Positions 24,722 through 35,158 are shown, counted from the first letter of the stretch. The stretch: DNA of 64,000 bases from an uncultured virus (IMG/VR IMGVR_UViG_3300047319_001136) (IMGVR_UViG_3300047319_001136), one strand, 5' to 3'. Made by a program: numbers and translations. The notes: generated by a model not told the origin, from the letters alone.

Positions 24722-25429
24722 ATGAATATCGCACAGCTCTATGAAGAGCTTTCCTATGGTGAGTTGTCGAACCATGCCATGTCCGGTGAGGGTGGCGGGA
24801 CGATTCTCACCGAGCGCAAACCGCAGGTACTGCTCTACACGAATGAGGCACTGTTTCGCCTGCATTCGCGTTTCCTGCTGCGCACCAATGACGTGCTGAT
24901 CGAAATGCTCGATCACATCACGAACTATCACCTGCTGAACAAGTTCGCGGAGTCGGCCTGGGAAACCAGCGTGGAGCCGTTCCTCTACATCAAGGATCTG
25001 ATGCGCGAGCCGTTCCAGGACGACTGCATCAAGATCCTGGAGGTGTATGACAGTTTCGGCTGTCCGCTCACGCTCAACGATCCCGAGAAGCCGGACTCCC
25101 TCTATACCCCCCAGCACAACGTGCTGCAGACACCCTATCCGGAAGGGGGCAAGGCACTGAGCGTCGGTTATCAGGCGAGGCACCCGATCCTCACGAAGGA
25201 TCTGCCTGAGACCACCGTGATCGAGATTCCGGATGTAATCCGGGGTGCACTGACTGCCTACATCGCCTACCGGGTGTACTCGGCCATGAGTTCGGAGGGA
25301 TCTTCGGTGACCGCACAGGAACACCTTGGACGGTACGAGACGATCTGCAGCGAAGCACTGGGCATGGATCTGGTTCAGACCAGCATGGCCCAGACCAATA
25401 CCCGCTTTCACAGGAATGGGTGGCACTGA
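24722..25429 (+). CDS. virion structural/adaptor protein (N4 gp67-like)
   Basis: LSYGELS, ALTAYIAYRVY and terminal FHRNGWH motifs; gene order after the terminase. Confidence 0.8.
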   Translation: MNIAQLYEELSYGELSNHAMSGEGGGTILTERKPQVLLYTNEALFRLHSRFLLRTNDVLIEMLDHITNYHLLNKFAESAWETSVEPFLYIKDLMREPFQDDCIKILEVYDSFGCPLTLNDPEKPDSLYTPQHNVLQTPYPEGGKALSVGYQARHPILTKDLPETTVIEIPDVIRGALTAYIAYRVYSAMSSEGSSVTAQEHLGRYETICSEALGMDLVQTSMAQTNTRFHRNGWH

Positions 25430-28400
25430 TGACTGAGCGTTCAAGTTTCAATCCGATGGGCAGTGACGCGCTTGTCGTCGACAAGTTGCTGGGCACGGCC
25501 TACCCGGTGGTGAAGACCGTCTACGACAACCTGGGTGAGATTTCCTATCTGGCCGAGAACATCTCGACGGTGAGCACACTCGTGCCGATCCTGGAGCAGG
25601 CCGCGCAAACCGCCAGTGCTGCCCAGCAGGCAGTCAACAACCAGGCGGCCCAGGTCGCACTCGATCTCGCCGCGGTAACAACCGCCACCAATACGGCCAC
25701 GGATGCGGCCGCCCGCTCGGAAGGCTACAGCGAACAGGCACTGGAAAATGCCCAGGCAGCCCGGGACTGGGCCACCAAGATGGATGGTCCGGTCTCCGGC
25801 ACCCAGTATTCAGCGGAATACTGGGCAACCCAGGCCTCGGCCATCACCATCAGCAACCAGGGTGTGTGGAGTCCGACTACCCAGTATGCGGCGAACAACG
25901 TCGTCTATTTTGGTGGCAGCTCCTACGTTGCGCTGCAGTCCAACAAGGGTCACTCTCCCAGCGTCGGTGCGAGCAACGCCTGGTGGCAACTGCTGGCGAT
26001 CAAGGGTGATGCCGGACCGCAGGGCGCAGCGGGCACCCAGGGTCTGCCGGGTGCCAAAGGCGATAAAGGTGCCACCGGCAATGGTGCGACGCTGCTCGGG
26101 TCAGTGGCCGATGAAGCGTCACTGCCGGCCGCCAATGTCTCGGCAGAAGGGGACTGCTACCTGATCGGTTCGCACTTCTGGGCCTTCATCGGTGGCCAGT
26201 GGTCCGACATTGGCAACCTGCAGGGACCGGAGGGCAAGTCGGCCTATGAACTCGCACAGCTCGCCGGCTTTACCGGTACCGAAGCGGAATGGCTGATCTC
26301 GCTGCGCGGTCAGGATGGTATCGGTCTGAAGATCCAGGGCTCGTTCCAGTCGGTCACCAATCTGCCGCCTGACAATAACAAGTCAGGGGATTCCTTCATC
26401 ATCAACTCGATCATGTGGGTGTGGGACAGCAACAACTGGGTGCCGGTTGGCCAGATGGGTCCGCAGGGTCTGTCCGCGTACCAGCTGGCGAAGAATGCAG
26501 GGACCATCCCGTCGACCATGACGGTGACACAGTGGCTTGCAACACTCAATGGCAAATCGGCCTATCAGGTGGCGCAGGCCAATGGTTTCCTTGGCTCCCA
26601 GACTGCATGGCTGGCCTCGCTCATTGGCAAGAGCGCCTATGACGTCGCCGTCGCAAATGGCTATGCAGGTACCAGGTCTGCGTGGCTTGCTTCTCTCGTC
26701 GGGCCGCAGGGTATCCAGGGTGTGCAAGGTATCCAGGGTGTGCAGGGCGATCTCGGTCCTGGCATTGCAATTCTGGGCAAACTTGCCGACACGTCCGCAT
26801 TGCCTGGGACTGCTACCAATATCGGTGATGGCTACCTGATCGCAGGCCACTTCTGGGGCTGGACCGGTGCGGCGTTCGAAGACCTCGGCGTGATCCAGGG
26901 TCCGAAAGGGGACACCGGTTCGCAAGGCGTCAAGGGGGACAAGGGTGATACGGGCGATGCCGGTATCCAGGGCGACTCTGCCTATGCCACAGCGGTAGCG
27001 GCCGGTTTCGTCGGCACGCCGGAACAGTGGCTGGCAACACTGGTAGGGGCCGATGGTCTGTCGGCCTACCAGGTCGCCGTGGATAACGGCTTCGTTGGCG
27101 ATCAGGCTGCCTGGCTTTCGAGCCTCACGGGTGCAAAAGGGGATCCGGGTCCAACAGGTCCGACTGGCCGCAGTCTTGCCATCAAGGGCACCGTGGCCGA
27201 TGTGTCGCTGCTGCCGGCCACGCCTGCCGAGAACGACGCCTGGATCGTGGGTACCGATCTGTATCTCTTCCTTGGTTCCGCCTGGGTCAACGCAGGTCCG
27301 TTCCGTGGTCCGCAAGGGATTCAGGGTGTCCAGGGCATTGCCGGAGATCAGGGCATCCAGGGGCTGCAGGGCATCCAGGGTCTCAAAGGGGACAAGGGCG
27401 ACAAAGGAGACAAGGGTGACCAGGGAATCCAGGGTATCCAGGGTGACCTTGGCCCGGGCGTCGCCATTCTCGGCACCTTCAATTCGTCCGCCCAGCTGCC
27501 CGCTTCGGCTGCTGCCATTGGTGACGGTTACCTCATCGCCGGGCACTTCTGGGGGTGGACTGGCACAGCCTTCCAGGACATGGGCCTGATCCAGGGTCCA
27601 CAAGGCGTTCAGGGTCCGCAGGGTGTGAAGGGGGACACCGGCTCAGCGGGTGCGGATGGAATCAACGGCACGAACGGTACCGACGGAGCCAAGGGGGATA
27701 AGGGAGACAAGGGCGATCAGGGAATCCAGGGCATTCAGGGATTGCAGGGTCTGAAGGGTGACACGGGGCTCAAGGGTGATGCGGGCAACAACGTCCGGAT
27801 CCTGGGTACCGTAGCTGCCGTGGGTAACCTTCCGTCCACCGGTAACACGCAGGGCGATGCCTACCGGGTGGGTGATCACCTGTACTCCTATAACGGTGCA
27901 GCGTGGGTCGACGCTGGTCAGTTCAAGGGTGACCGGGGTGATCCGGGTCCGCAGGGTCTGCAGGGTATCAATGGTCTGAAGGGCGACCAGGGCGTTCAGG
28001 GTTTAAAGGGAGACCAGGGCGATAAAGGCGATCAGGGCGACACGGGTCCGATGGGTCCGGGCGTGAAGATCGTCGGTATGGTGGCCACGGCCGGTGACCT
28101 GCCGGAGAGCAGTGCGTCGGGTGGTGACACCTATGTTGCAGTCGACACCCTGCATGCCTGGGTGTGGACCGGTACGAACTGGATTGACGTCGGTCTGATC
28201 CAGGGTCCGAAGGGCGATCGTGGTCTGCAAGGCCCGCAGGGTGTGAAGGGAGATCAGGGCATTCAGGGTCTGCCTGGCGGCAATGGTGGACCGGGTACCC
28301 GCTGGATTGCACTGGACCGGGATCCGGGTGCGGCCGATGGCGTGGTCGGGGACTTCTTCCTGAACAGCCTGTCACTGCGCTTCTTCCAGAAGACAACCAC

Positions 28401-29388
28401 CCTGTCATGGAGCTGGCTCGGCTATCTCGGTGGCGGCAACGTGTATGACGCTGCGTTCGACGGTACACCTTACGTCCGTCAGGATGGCGCATGGGTATCG
28501 CTGCCTGCCGGTATGCCGGATGCACCAACGGATCACAGCCTCTATGCCCGCAAGGATGGGGCATGGGCGCAGGTCCAGTTACCGGCTGTCGCTCCTAACG
28601 ACACCAAAGCCTACGTTCAGAAGGGCGGTGCCTGGACGGATCTGTCGACTGTTATCCCGGTAGCCGCCCCGAATGATGCCAAGGCCTACGTGCAGAAGTC
28701 GGGTGGCTGGGTGGATCTCTCGACGCTGGCTGCGGCAATAGCGCCGAATGATACGAAATCCTACGTACAGAAGGCAGGCAACTGGACGGATCTGTCCACC
28801 GTCATTCCGGCAGCGGCTCCGAATGATACGAAAGCGTATGTCCAGAAAGCTGGTGCATGGACGGATCTGTCGACGCTGGTCAACCCGCTTGCACCAAATG
28901 ACACCAGGAACTATGTGGCGCATGCCGGTGGCTGGGTGGATCTGTCAACCGTAGCACAGGCGGCCGCACCCAACGACACCAAGGCATACGTACAGAAAGC
29001 GGGCAGCTGGACCGATCTGTCGACACTCGTTGCTCCCCTGGCTCCGAATGACAACGCCTACTACGTGGCCTACAACGGCGGCCTGAAGCGGCTGGACCGC
29101 AGTGACCTGCCAATCCTGACCACCACGGCGACGCTGGACCTGGCACTGAACCAGATGTTTAGCGTCAGTGCTGCCACGGCCAAGACGCTGGTGTTTGCCA
29201 ATGCGCCGGGTGCGGGCCGTGCCATGGTGGTGGGGATCTGTGTGACGGGTAATGCCGCGGTGCTCACCTGGCCGACTGGTATCAGCTGGTCTGGTGGTTC
29301 GCCTCCAGTGCTGGGCGCGACCTACACCAATGTCGTGCTTCTGTGGGACGGGGCGAAGTGGACGGGCAATGAAGGCGCTGCCGCCTAA
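25420..29388 (+). CDS. tail fibre 1 with collagen-like Gly-X-Y segments and foldon-like repeats (1322 aa)
   Basis: N-terminal anchor shared with fibre 2; GPQG/GDKG triplets; GKSAY repeats; 25-aa APNDTKAYVQK repeats. Confidence 0.88.
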   Translation: MALMTERSSFNPMGSDALVVDKLLGTAYPVVKTVYDNLGEISYLAENISTVSTLVPILEQAAQTASAAQQAVNNQAAQVALDLAAVTTATNTATDAAARSEGYSEQALENAQAARDWATKMDGPVSGTQYSAEYWATQASAITISNQGVWSPTTQYAANNVVYFGGSSYVALQSNKGHSPSVGASNAWWQLLAIKGDAGPQGAAGTQGLPGAKGDKGATGNGATLLGSVADEASLPAANVSAEGDCYLIGSHFWAFIGGQWSDIGNLQGPEGKSAYELAQLAGFTGTEAEWLISLRGQDGIGLKIQGSFQSVTNLPPDNNKSGDSFIINSIMWVWDSNNWVPVGQMGPQGLSAYQLAKNAGTIPSTMTVTQWLATLNGKSAYQVAQANGFLGSQTAWLASLIGKSAYDVAVANGYAGTRSAWLASLVGPQGIQGVQGIQGVQGDLGPGIAILGKLADTSALPGTATNIGDGYLIAGHFWGWTGAAFEDLGVIQGPKGDTGSQGVKGDKGDTGDAGIQGDSAYATAVAAGFVGTPEQWLATLVGADGLSAYQVAVDNGFVGDQAAWLSSLTGAKGDPGPTGPTGRSLAIKGTVADVSLLPATPAENDAWIVGTDLYLFLGSAWVNAGPFRGPQGIQGVQGIAGDQGIQGLQGIQGLKGDKGDKGDKGDQGIQGIQGDLGPGVAILGTFNSSAQLPASAAAIGDGYLIAGHFWGWTGTAFQDMGLIQGPQGVQGPQGVKGDTGSAGADGINGTNGTDGAKGDKGDKGDQGIQGIQGLQGLKGDTGLKGDAGNNVRILGTVAAVGNLPSTGNTQGDAYRVGDHLYSYNGAAWVDAGQFKGDRGDPGPQGLQGINGLKGDQGVQGLKGDQGDKGDQGDTGPMGPGVKIVGMVATAGDLPESSASGGDTYVAVDTLHAWVWTGTNWIDVGLIQGPKGDRGLQGPQGVKGDQGIQGLPGGNGGPGTRWIALDRDPGAADGVVGDFFLNSLSLRFFQKTTTLSWSWLGYLGGGNVYDAAFDGTPYVRQDGAWVSLPAGMPDAPTDHSLYARKDGAWAQVQLPAVAPNDTKAYVQKGGAWTDLSTVIPVAAPNDAKAYVQKSGGWVDLSTLAAAIAPNDTKSYVQKAGNWTDLSTVIPAAAPNDTKAYVQKAGAWTDLSTLVNPLAPNDTRNYVAHAGGWVDLSTVAQAAAPNDTKAYVQKAGSWTDLSTLVAPLAPNDNAYYVAYNGGLKRLDRSDLPILTTTATLDLALNQMFSVSAATAKTLVFANAPGAGRAMVVGICVTGNAAVLTWPTGISWSGGSPPVLGATYTNVVLLWDGAKWTGNEGAAA
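28591..29085 (+). repeat. seven tandem 75-bp coding repeats
   Basis: APND codons start at 28591, 28666, 28741, 28816, 28891, 28966 and 29041. Confidence 0.9.
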
Positions 29389-29396
29389 GACATAAC

Positions 29397-29420
29397 CGGG
29401 TAACCCTCACGGGTTACCCG
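29397..29420. terminator. hairpin after the fibre gene (terminator or processing site)
   Basis: CGGGTAACCC-TCAC-GGGTTACCCG perfect 10-bp stem; weak U tract. Confidence 0.5.
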
Positions 29421-29437
29421 TTCCATCAGGAACACTC

Positions 29438-30067
29438 ATGAACATCACTGCAAGTACCCTGTTGATCTGCGACGAGACACTGGAATATCCGGTCTCGCTG
29501 CAAAAAATCCGCCAGAACAGGAATGTCAGTTTCGCAGCAGAGCCCGACCAGACCCTCATTGAGTATCTGGGTTACTCGATTGTGCATCCTGTTGCTCTTC
29601 CCGTAGCACCCGGCAATGTCATCACCGAGGCCGCGCCAGCGCTTGTTGATGGCGTGTGGACTCAGGTGTGGACACAGACACCCATTGATCTGGAGTTTGC
29701 ACGGTCCCAGCAAAGTTACCTGCTCAACAGTGCGTGTGCTGCCGCGATTACTTCCGGGTTCACTTCGTCGGCCCTGGGTTCACCGCACCAGTATCCGAGC
29801 CAGATGACGGATCAGCAGAACCTGACGACCCGTGTCATGGCATCCCTGACGCCTGGTCTGGATCCGGGATGGACCACTTCCTTCTGGTGTGCCGATCCTG
29901 ATGGCAAGTGGACCTGGACCACCCATACCGCAGCACAGATCCAGCAGGTGGGCATGGACGGCGCTAGTGCGGTCAAGTCTCACCAGGACAGGAATGCGCA
30001 GTTGCAGGCACAGCTGCTTGCCGCCACAAATGTGGCTGAGGTCACGGCCGTAGTGTGGGCACCTTAA
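29438..30067 (+). CDS. tail fibre assembly-associated protein (DUF4376-like)
   Basis: ACAAAITSGFTSSALG...YPS...DQQNL...HTAAQIQQVG pattern; follows a fibre gene. Confidence 0.75.
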   Translation: MNITASTLLICDETLEYPVSLQKIRQNRNVSFAAEPDQTLIEYLGYSIVHPVALPVAPGNVITEAAPALVDGVWTQVWTQTPIDLEFARSQQSYLLNSACAAAITSGFTSSALGSPHQYPSQMTDQQNLTTRVMASLTPGLDPGWTTSFWCADPDGKWTWTTHTAAQIQQVGMDGASAVKSHQDRNAQLQAQLLAATNVAEVTAVVWAP

Positions 30068-30077
30068 AGGAAAGAAC

Positions 30078-31883
30078 ATGAGCAATATCTTTCTGCTGCT
30101 GGCTTCAGTCAAAGGGTCCAGTGGGGGCGGAAGTGCGGTTACCAACTCCGGCATTTACGGCGGCGGGCAGAGTACTGCCTCGGCCACCAATGTCTACAAT
30201 TTCTCGACTAATGCAGTTGCGCCAGGAACCAATCTCGGAACGGGTGCCCGGTTTGGTGTGGCCGCGGTAGGCAACACGACTGTTGGGATATTCGGGGGCG
30301 GGTACACCAATCCAAATGCAATTTCCACATCAACACAGTACGCGTATTCAACCAGCGCCGTTGCTGGTGGAACCAGTCTGAGCTATGCCGCCTACGATCT
30401 TGCAGCCGCAGGTAATTCCACGGTTGGAATTTTTGCGGGTGGTCAACATGCTAGCGCGCTTTCAACATCTTCAAGCTATACGTACAGTGGTGGCACCGTA
30501 GCGTCTGGCACTAACTTGGGGACTGTGCGTTACTCACTAGGTGCTGTGGGCAACGCAAACACCGGAATTTTCGGTGGTGGTTACAACGGCAGTGCCACTG
30601 TACATAGTACCGACGCCTATACGTATTCCGGAAATACCGTAACTGCAGGGGCCAGTCTAACGTATGCTGGTACGTTCGGTCTCTTTGCGGCAGGCACCGC
30701 TTCAGTTGGTATATTTGCCGGAGGTGATCCTAGTGGCGTCGGGCTCACAACAACTACCAAATACACGTTTGTTGGTAATACCGTGGTGGCGGGTACTGCT
30801 TTAACGGTCGGTAAGGGCCAGGCCGGAGGTGCAGGCAATTCGACAATAGGTGTATTCGCGGGCGGCATCGACGGAACTGGTGCAGTAGTTGCCACTTCCC
30901 AAACCTATACCTATTTGGGCGACACAACAGTTGCAGGGGCCAACCTGTCGTCCCCGACTAGCGAAATGACCGGGGTATCCACCAACCCAGGCTGGTACAT
31001 CCCTTCGGGTGGTGGACTCGGCACAGGTATCTTCGGTGGCGGTTTCACTTCCACTTTCAGCGCCGTAACCAGCCTCTACGTATACAGCTCAAACGCGACT
31101 GGGGCGGGTACAAATCTGGGAACAGCCAGGCAATTCCTGGCGGCTACCGGCACATCCACGGTGGGCATCTTTGGCGGTGGGCAGACATCCGGTTCGGCCT
31201 CGGTCAAGACAACTGATGTCTACACGCACGGCAATAACACGGTGGCCGCAGGTACGGCTCTGAATACGGCGGCGGTATCGTTAGCCGCTGTCGGTAACTC
31301 GACCGTGGGGATCTTTGGGGCAGGTTCTGCCGATGGCAGTGCCGGCATTGCTGCTACCAGTAAATATACGTACAGCGGGAGTGTTGTGACGGCGGGTACC
31401 AACCTGGGCACAGCACGACAGGTCCTGGCTGCCGCAGGCACGGCCACTGTGGGCATATTCGGTGGCGGTTACACCGGTGCGTACACGGCAGTAACTGACC
31501 AGTACATCTACTCAGGGGACTCGGTAACGTCAGGGACTAACCTGATGGCCCCAGTCAATGCACTGGCAGCAACGGGCAATACCACGGTCGGTATCTTCGG
31601 TGCCGGTTATGACGGTAGCAATCCGACCGCAGCGACATCTCAATACACCTATGACGTGAACACTGTGGCGTCAGGGACCAGTCTCACCACTGCCCGCAGA
31701 TGGCTTGCCGCCGCAGGGAATGTTTCGATGGGTGTTTTTGGTGGCGGCGTAAATGCTGCAGGAACTAAACTGACAACCGTTGATTTGTACACCTACACTG
31801 GAGCTGCGGTGATTGCCGGAACAAGTCTCAGCACGGCAGTTCAGGCACTGGCCGCAACGTCGTCAAGTCCGGGTGGTTTCTAA
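30078..31883 (+). CDS. Gly/Thr/Ala-rich repeat protein, predicted double beta-propeller (601 aa)
   Basis: Twelve Kelch-like repeats G(I/V)F(G/A)(G/A)G...YTY...GT.L, in two sets of six. Confidence 0.7.
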   Translation: MSNIFLLLASVKGSSGGGSAVTNSGIYGGGQSTASATNVYNFSTNAVAPGTNLGTGARFGVAAVGNTTVGIFGGGYTNPNAISTSTQYAYSTSAVAGGTSLSYAAYDLAAAGNSTVGIFAGGQHASALSTSSSYTYSGGTVASGTNLGTVRYSLGAVGNANTGIFGGGYNGSATVHSTDAYTYSGNTVTAGASLTYAGTFGLFAAGTASVGIFAGGDPSGVGLTTTTKYTFVGNTVVAGTALTVGKGQAGGAGNSTIGVFAGGIDGTGAVVATSQTYTYLGDTTVAGANLSSPTSEMTGVSTNPGWYIPSGGGLGTGIFGGGFTSTFSAVTSLYVYSSNATGAGTNLGTARQFLAATGTSTVGIFGGGQTSGSASVKTTDVYTHGNNTVAAGTALNTAAVSLAAVGNSTVGIFGAGSADGSAGIAATSKYTYSGSVVTAGTNLGTARQVLAAAGTATVGIFGGGYTGAYTAVTDQYIYSGDSVTSGTNLMAPVNALAATGNTTVGIFGAGYDGSNPTAATSQYTYDVNTVASGTSLTTARRWLAAAGNVSMGVFGGGVNAAGTKLTTVDLYTYTGAAVIAGTSLSTAVQALAATSSSPGGF

Positions 31884-31921
31884 CCGGACCTGACTCAACC
31901 TTTTATTCCTGGATCAAGAAA

Positions 31922-32557
31922 ATGCACTATAAAACGAATCGTCAGAATCACGACTTCCAGATCGCCTATTTCATCGCTGGCTCGTGCCAGACACCTGACG
32001 CCGCCTACGCCATTCTCTGCGACCTGAAGGAAGACCGGAAGAACGCGATCGAAGGCTTCAATGCGCACAGTCTGCGGGATCGGGCCAAGATGCTGCGTGC
32101 CGAACGCAAGCTGCTCGATCAGGACGAAGCGGTGCGTCTGGAAGGTCAGGCCGACATTGAAGAGATGAAGGCCATCCTGGAAACGGTACAGAAGAACTAC
32201 GATGCGGCACTTGCTGAACTGAGCTTTATCGAGAAGTGCATGGAACGCCTGCAACCGCTTCGCCGGTTCGCTCACCTGCCCGATGCCGAAGCCCATGAAG
32301 CGGCCCAGCATGAAGAGTGGAAACTTCAGCTGATTCACACGGCAGAAAATCATCTGCTCTCCCATGGTGTGATCCCCGCGGATCACTTTGGCACCATGCG
32401 CCTGCATCCGGAGTTTTCAACGGCCATCCTGCCGGCACTGGAGAAAACCAAACTGCTCATCAATGCTTCGGGTCGCAGTCCTGCAGATGGGGCGGCACTG
32501 GTGGCACACCTGGAGTCGAAGGCATTCGACCTACCGAAGTTGCTGGCAGCGGGATAA
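31922..32557 (+). CDS. hypothetical coiled-coil protein in the tail module (211 aa)
   Basis: Co-directional ORF between tail genes. Confidence 0.75.
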   Translation: MHYKTNRQNHDFQIAYFIAGSCQTPDAAYAILCDLKEDRKNAIEGFNAHSLRDRAKMLRAERKLLDQDEAVRLEGQADIEEMKAILETVQKNYDAALAELSFIEKCMERLQPLRRFAHLPDAEAHEAAQHEEWKLQLIHTAENHLLSHGVIPADHFGTMRLHPEFSTAILPALEKTKLLINASGRSPADGAALVAHLESKAFDLPKLLAAG

Positions 32558-32614
32558 AAGCAGCATGCCTTCCCATCCTTTCACCTGGTTCACCTGACTG
32601 GAAAGAGAGAAACA

Positions 32615-35158
32615 ATGCAACGTATTACAACCAACCCCTATGGGGGATTTGCGCTGATGGTCGACAAGCGCATTGGCAATGCCTACAAGGTGGTCAAGGA
32701 AGTCCATGACAACCTGGACAAGATCGCCTATCTCGTTGAGAACATCAGTGCCGATCTGCGTCCCAAGGGCATCGAGCTGGGTATCGATCTGGCACTGGGT
32801 TACATCCAGTGGCGCTACACGGACCAGACGCCCCAGGATGAATGGCGTGTGCTCTGCCCGCTGTCGGCCATCACTGGCAAGCAGATCGAGATGCAGGCCA
32901 CCAACAACTGGATCCAGTGGCGCTATGTGGGCGATCCGCACTGGGAAAATCTGCTCTACATCGACCCGAATGCGGGGGGTGGTGGAGGTGGCGGGGGAGG
33001 TGGTGTAAGCACGCCTGTCGTTCCCATCACACCACAGCTGCCTGCTTCGGGTAACTACAATGGTGAGCTGACCTGGACTGGCAGCGGCATGTATCTCTGG
33101 GACGGTACCCAGTGGGTCAACGTCGTACCGGACATTCCGGCTTCCGTGACGATTGTCGATGCGCTGCCGGCAACGGGCACCAATGGCCAGGTGGTGATGC
33201 TCTCGACGGACGGCAAGCTCTACGTCTGGAAGAACGGTGCATGGCAGGCGGTCGCCGCCGATATCACGCCGGCTGATGTCATCAGCGGGTTGTACTCGGA
33301 TGGTCTGCGCGGTGTCGAGTATGTGTCTGCATTGCCAGACACGGGCAATGTGGAAGGGCGTCTGGTGTACAACCAGACTGACGGGAAGATGTATATCTTC
33401 AAGGACGGTGCCTGGGTGTCGTTTGGCGACTACCTGACACCGGCCGCCCCGGCTGCCATTGAAGTGGTGTCGTCGCTGCCCACTACCGGCAACTTCGACG
33501 GCCGCACGGTGTTCAATACTGCCGACAGCAAGCTGTACCAGTATGCCAACGGTAACTGGAGCCAGGTGGTGGAAGCAACGGGTGTGGCCACCGATGTAGC
33601 GGACGGTGCCATCACCACGGCCAAGTTCGCGGCAGGCATCACCCCGGTCGAGATCCTGACGGCGCTGCCCACGACCGGCAATTTCGCTGGCCGGATGGTG
33701 TACAACACCACGGACGGCAAGCTCTACCGTTATGTCAATGGTGCATGGACGGCAGCCGTGCAGGCGGCCGACATCCTGGGTCAGCTCCAGTCCGGCCAGC
33801 TCGCGGCCAACTCGGTGACAGCAGGTGTGATTGCAGCAGGTGCTATCTCGGCTTCGCAGATCGCGGCAGGTGCGATCACGACCGACAAGCTGGCGGCTGG
33901 TGCAATCACATCTGACAAGATCGCGGCGAACTCGATCAAGGCCGGTAACATTGCCGCCAACACGATCACGTCCTCGCAGATCGCAGCGGACACCATCACC
34001 GCAGGCAATATTGCTGCTGGTGCGATTGGCGTGTCGGAACTGGCCGCTGGTTCGGTGACCGCGAATGCGCTGGCTGCGAACTCCATCACGGCGGCGGCCA
34101 TCTCGGCAGGCTCCATTACTGCATCGGCACTGGCAGCGGGATCGGTCACGGCAGGCGCGCTGGCAGCCGGTTCCGTGACGGCCAATGCACTGGCGGCCAA
34201 CGCGATCACCGCAGGCAAGATCGCAGCAGGGGCCATCAGTGCTGACCAGATCGGTGCAGGCACCCTGGCTGCGGGTGTGGCCTATACGGGTCAGCTCACC
34301 GCCAACCAGATCACAACGGGTAGCCTGACCGGTGTTTCGATCGGGATTGGCGCAGGCAAGTCGTTGCGTGGCTATGCCTTTGACGTATCCAGCACGGGTG
34401 TGGTCTCGGTCGATAACCTCTTTGGTTACACGGCAAGTTTCAGTAATGCCGCCAGTGACACGACCGGTGTGACGCCGCTTTCTTCCACCAGTCAGGCCAC
34501 GGCTGCGGTCGCCCTCTCTGGTGCGGGTCTGGTCAGTGGCGGCAACTGTCATGGTGTGCGTGGGCGCAACAACAGCACAGGCGCAGCTGGCCTGATTGGT
34601 GGGGCCAACGGTTATGACTTCTATGCCGATGGCAGCGGGATCAACTATGGTCCTTTCACTGGCTCCCATGATGCGTTACTGCCTGTGGATAACGCCTATG
34701 AACCGGGTGACCTGATCGTGGACAGCCAGCTGGTACTGCGCAATGGCTGGTCCAATACCATCTTCCTTGGCTCGCAGGCCAACCAGGTGAACCAGAAAGC
34801 CGTGATCGGTGTGCTGGCCCTGAAGGTAGGGCCACTGGCCGACCACACACCGGCCGTCTTTGTTGATGAGTTCAATGAGGAGGGTACGCCGGTCATGAAC
34901 CCGGCCTACGACCAGGTGAAGGACCAGTACATCCTGGCCGGTGTCAACGCATTGGGTGAAGGTCAGCTCAATGTCTGCGGCCGGGGTGGCAATCTGGAGG
35001 CCGGGGATCTGGTGGTAGCGTCCGACCTGGCAGGCAAGGCCCAGAAGCAGGCCGATGATCTGGTGCACAGCTACACGGTAGCCCGTGTGCGGGAAGCGGT
35101 GAGCTTTGCTTCTCCGGACGAGGTGAAGCAGGTAGCCTGCGTGTATCTCTGCGGCTAG
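32615..35158 (+). CDS. tail fibre 2 with probable C-terminal intramolecular chaperone (847 aa)
   Basis: Shared N-terminal anchor; LPTTGNF repeats; ITAxxIAAGA decapeptide repeats; FTGSH...NALGEGQ...ACVYLCG C-terminus. Confidence 0.85.
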   Translation: MQRITTNPYGGFALMVDKRIGNAYKVVKEVHDNLDKIAYLVENISADLRPKGIELGIDLALGYIQWRYTDQTPQDEWRVLCPLSAITGKQIEMQATNNWIQWRYVGDPHWENLLYIDPNAGGGGGGGGGGVSTPVVPITPQLPASGNYNGELTWTGSGMYLWDGTQWVNVVPDIPASVTIVDALPATGTNGQVVMLSTDGKLYVWKNGAWQAVAADITPADVISGLYSDGLRGVEYVSALPDTGNVEGRLVYNQTDGKMYIFKDGAWVSFGDYLTPAAPAAIEVVSSLPTTGNFDGRTVFNTADSKLYQYANGNWSQVVEATGVATDVADGAITTAKFAAGITPVEILTALPTTGNFAGRMVYNTTDGKLYRYVNGAWTAAVQAADILGQLQSGQLAANSVTAGVIAAGAISASQIAAGAITTDKLAAGAITSDKIAANSIKAGNIAANTITSSQIAADTITAGNIAAGAIGVSELAAGSVTANALAANSITAAAISAGSITASALAAGSVTAGALAAGSVTANALAANAITAGKIAAGAISADQIGAGTLAAGVAYTGQLTANQITTGSLTGVSIGIGAGKSLRGYAFDVSSTGVVSVDNLFGYTASFSNAASDTTGVTPLSSTSQATAAVALSGAGLVSGGNCHGVRGRNNSTGAAGLIGGANGYDFYADGSGINYGPFTGSHDALLPVDNAYEPGDLIVDSQLVLRNGWSNTIFLGSQANQVNQKAVIGVLALKVGPLADHTPAVFVDEFNEEGTPVMNPAYDQVKDQYILAGVNALGEGQLNVCGRGGNLEAGDLVVASDLAGKAQKQADDLVHSYTVARVREAVSFASPDEVKQVACVYLCG

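Noticed and set aside
28591..29085. Regularly spaced repeats as a CRISPR array or DGR repeat
   Set aside because: They are in-frame 75-bp coding repeats with synonymous variation and no unique spacers; no cas or reverse transcriptase gene is present in the window.
32531..34669. 712-aa minus-strand ORF
   Set aside because: Antisense shadow of tail fibre 2 caused by high-GC codon bias; no motifs.
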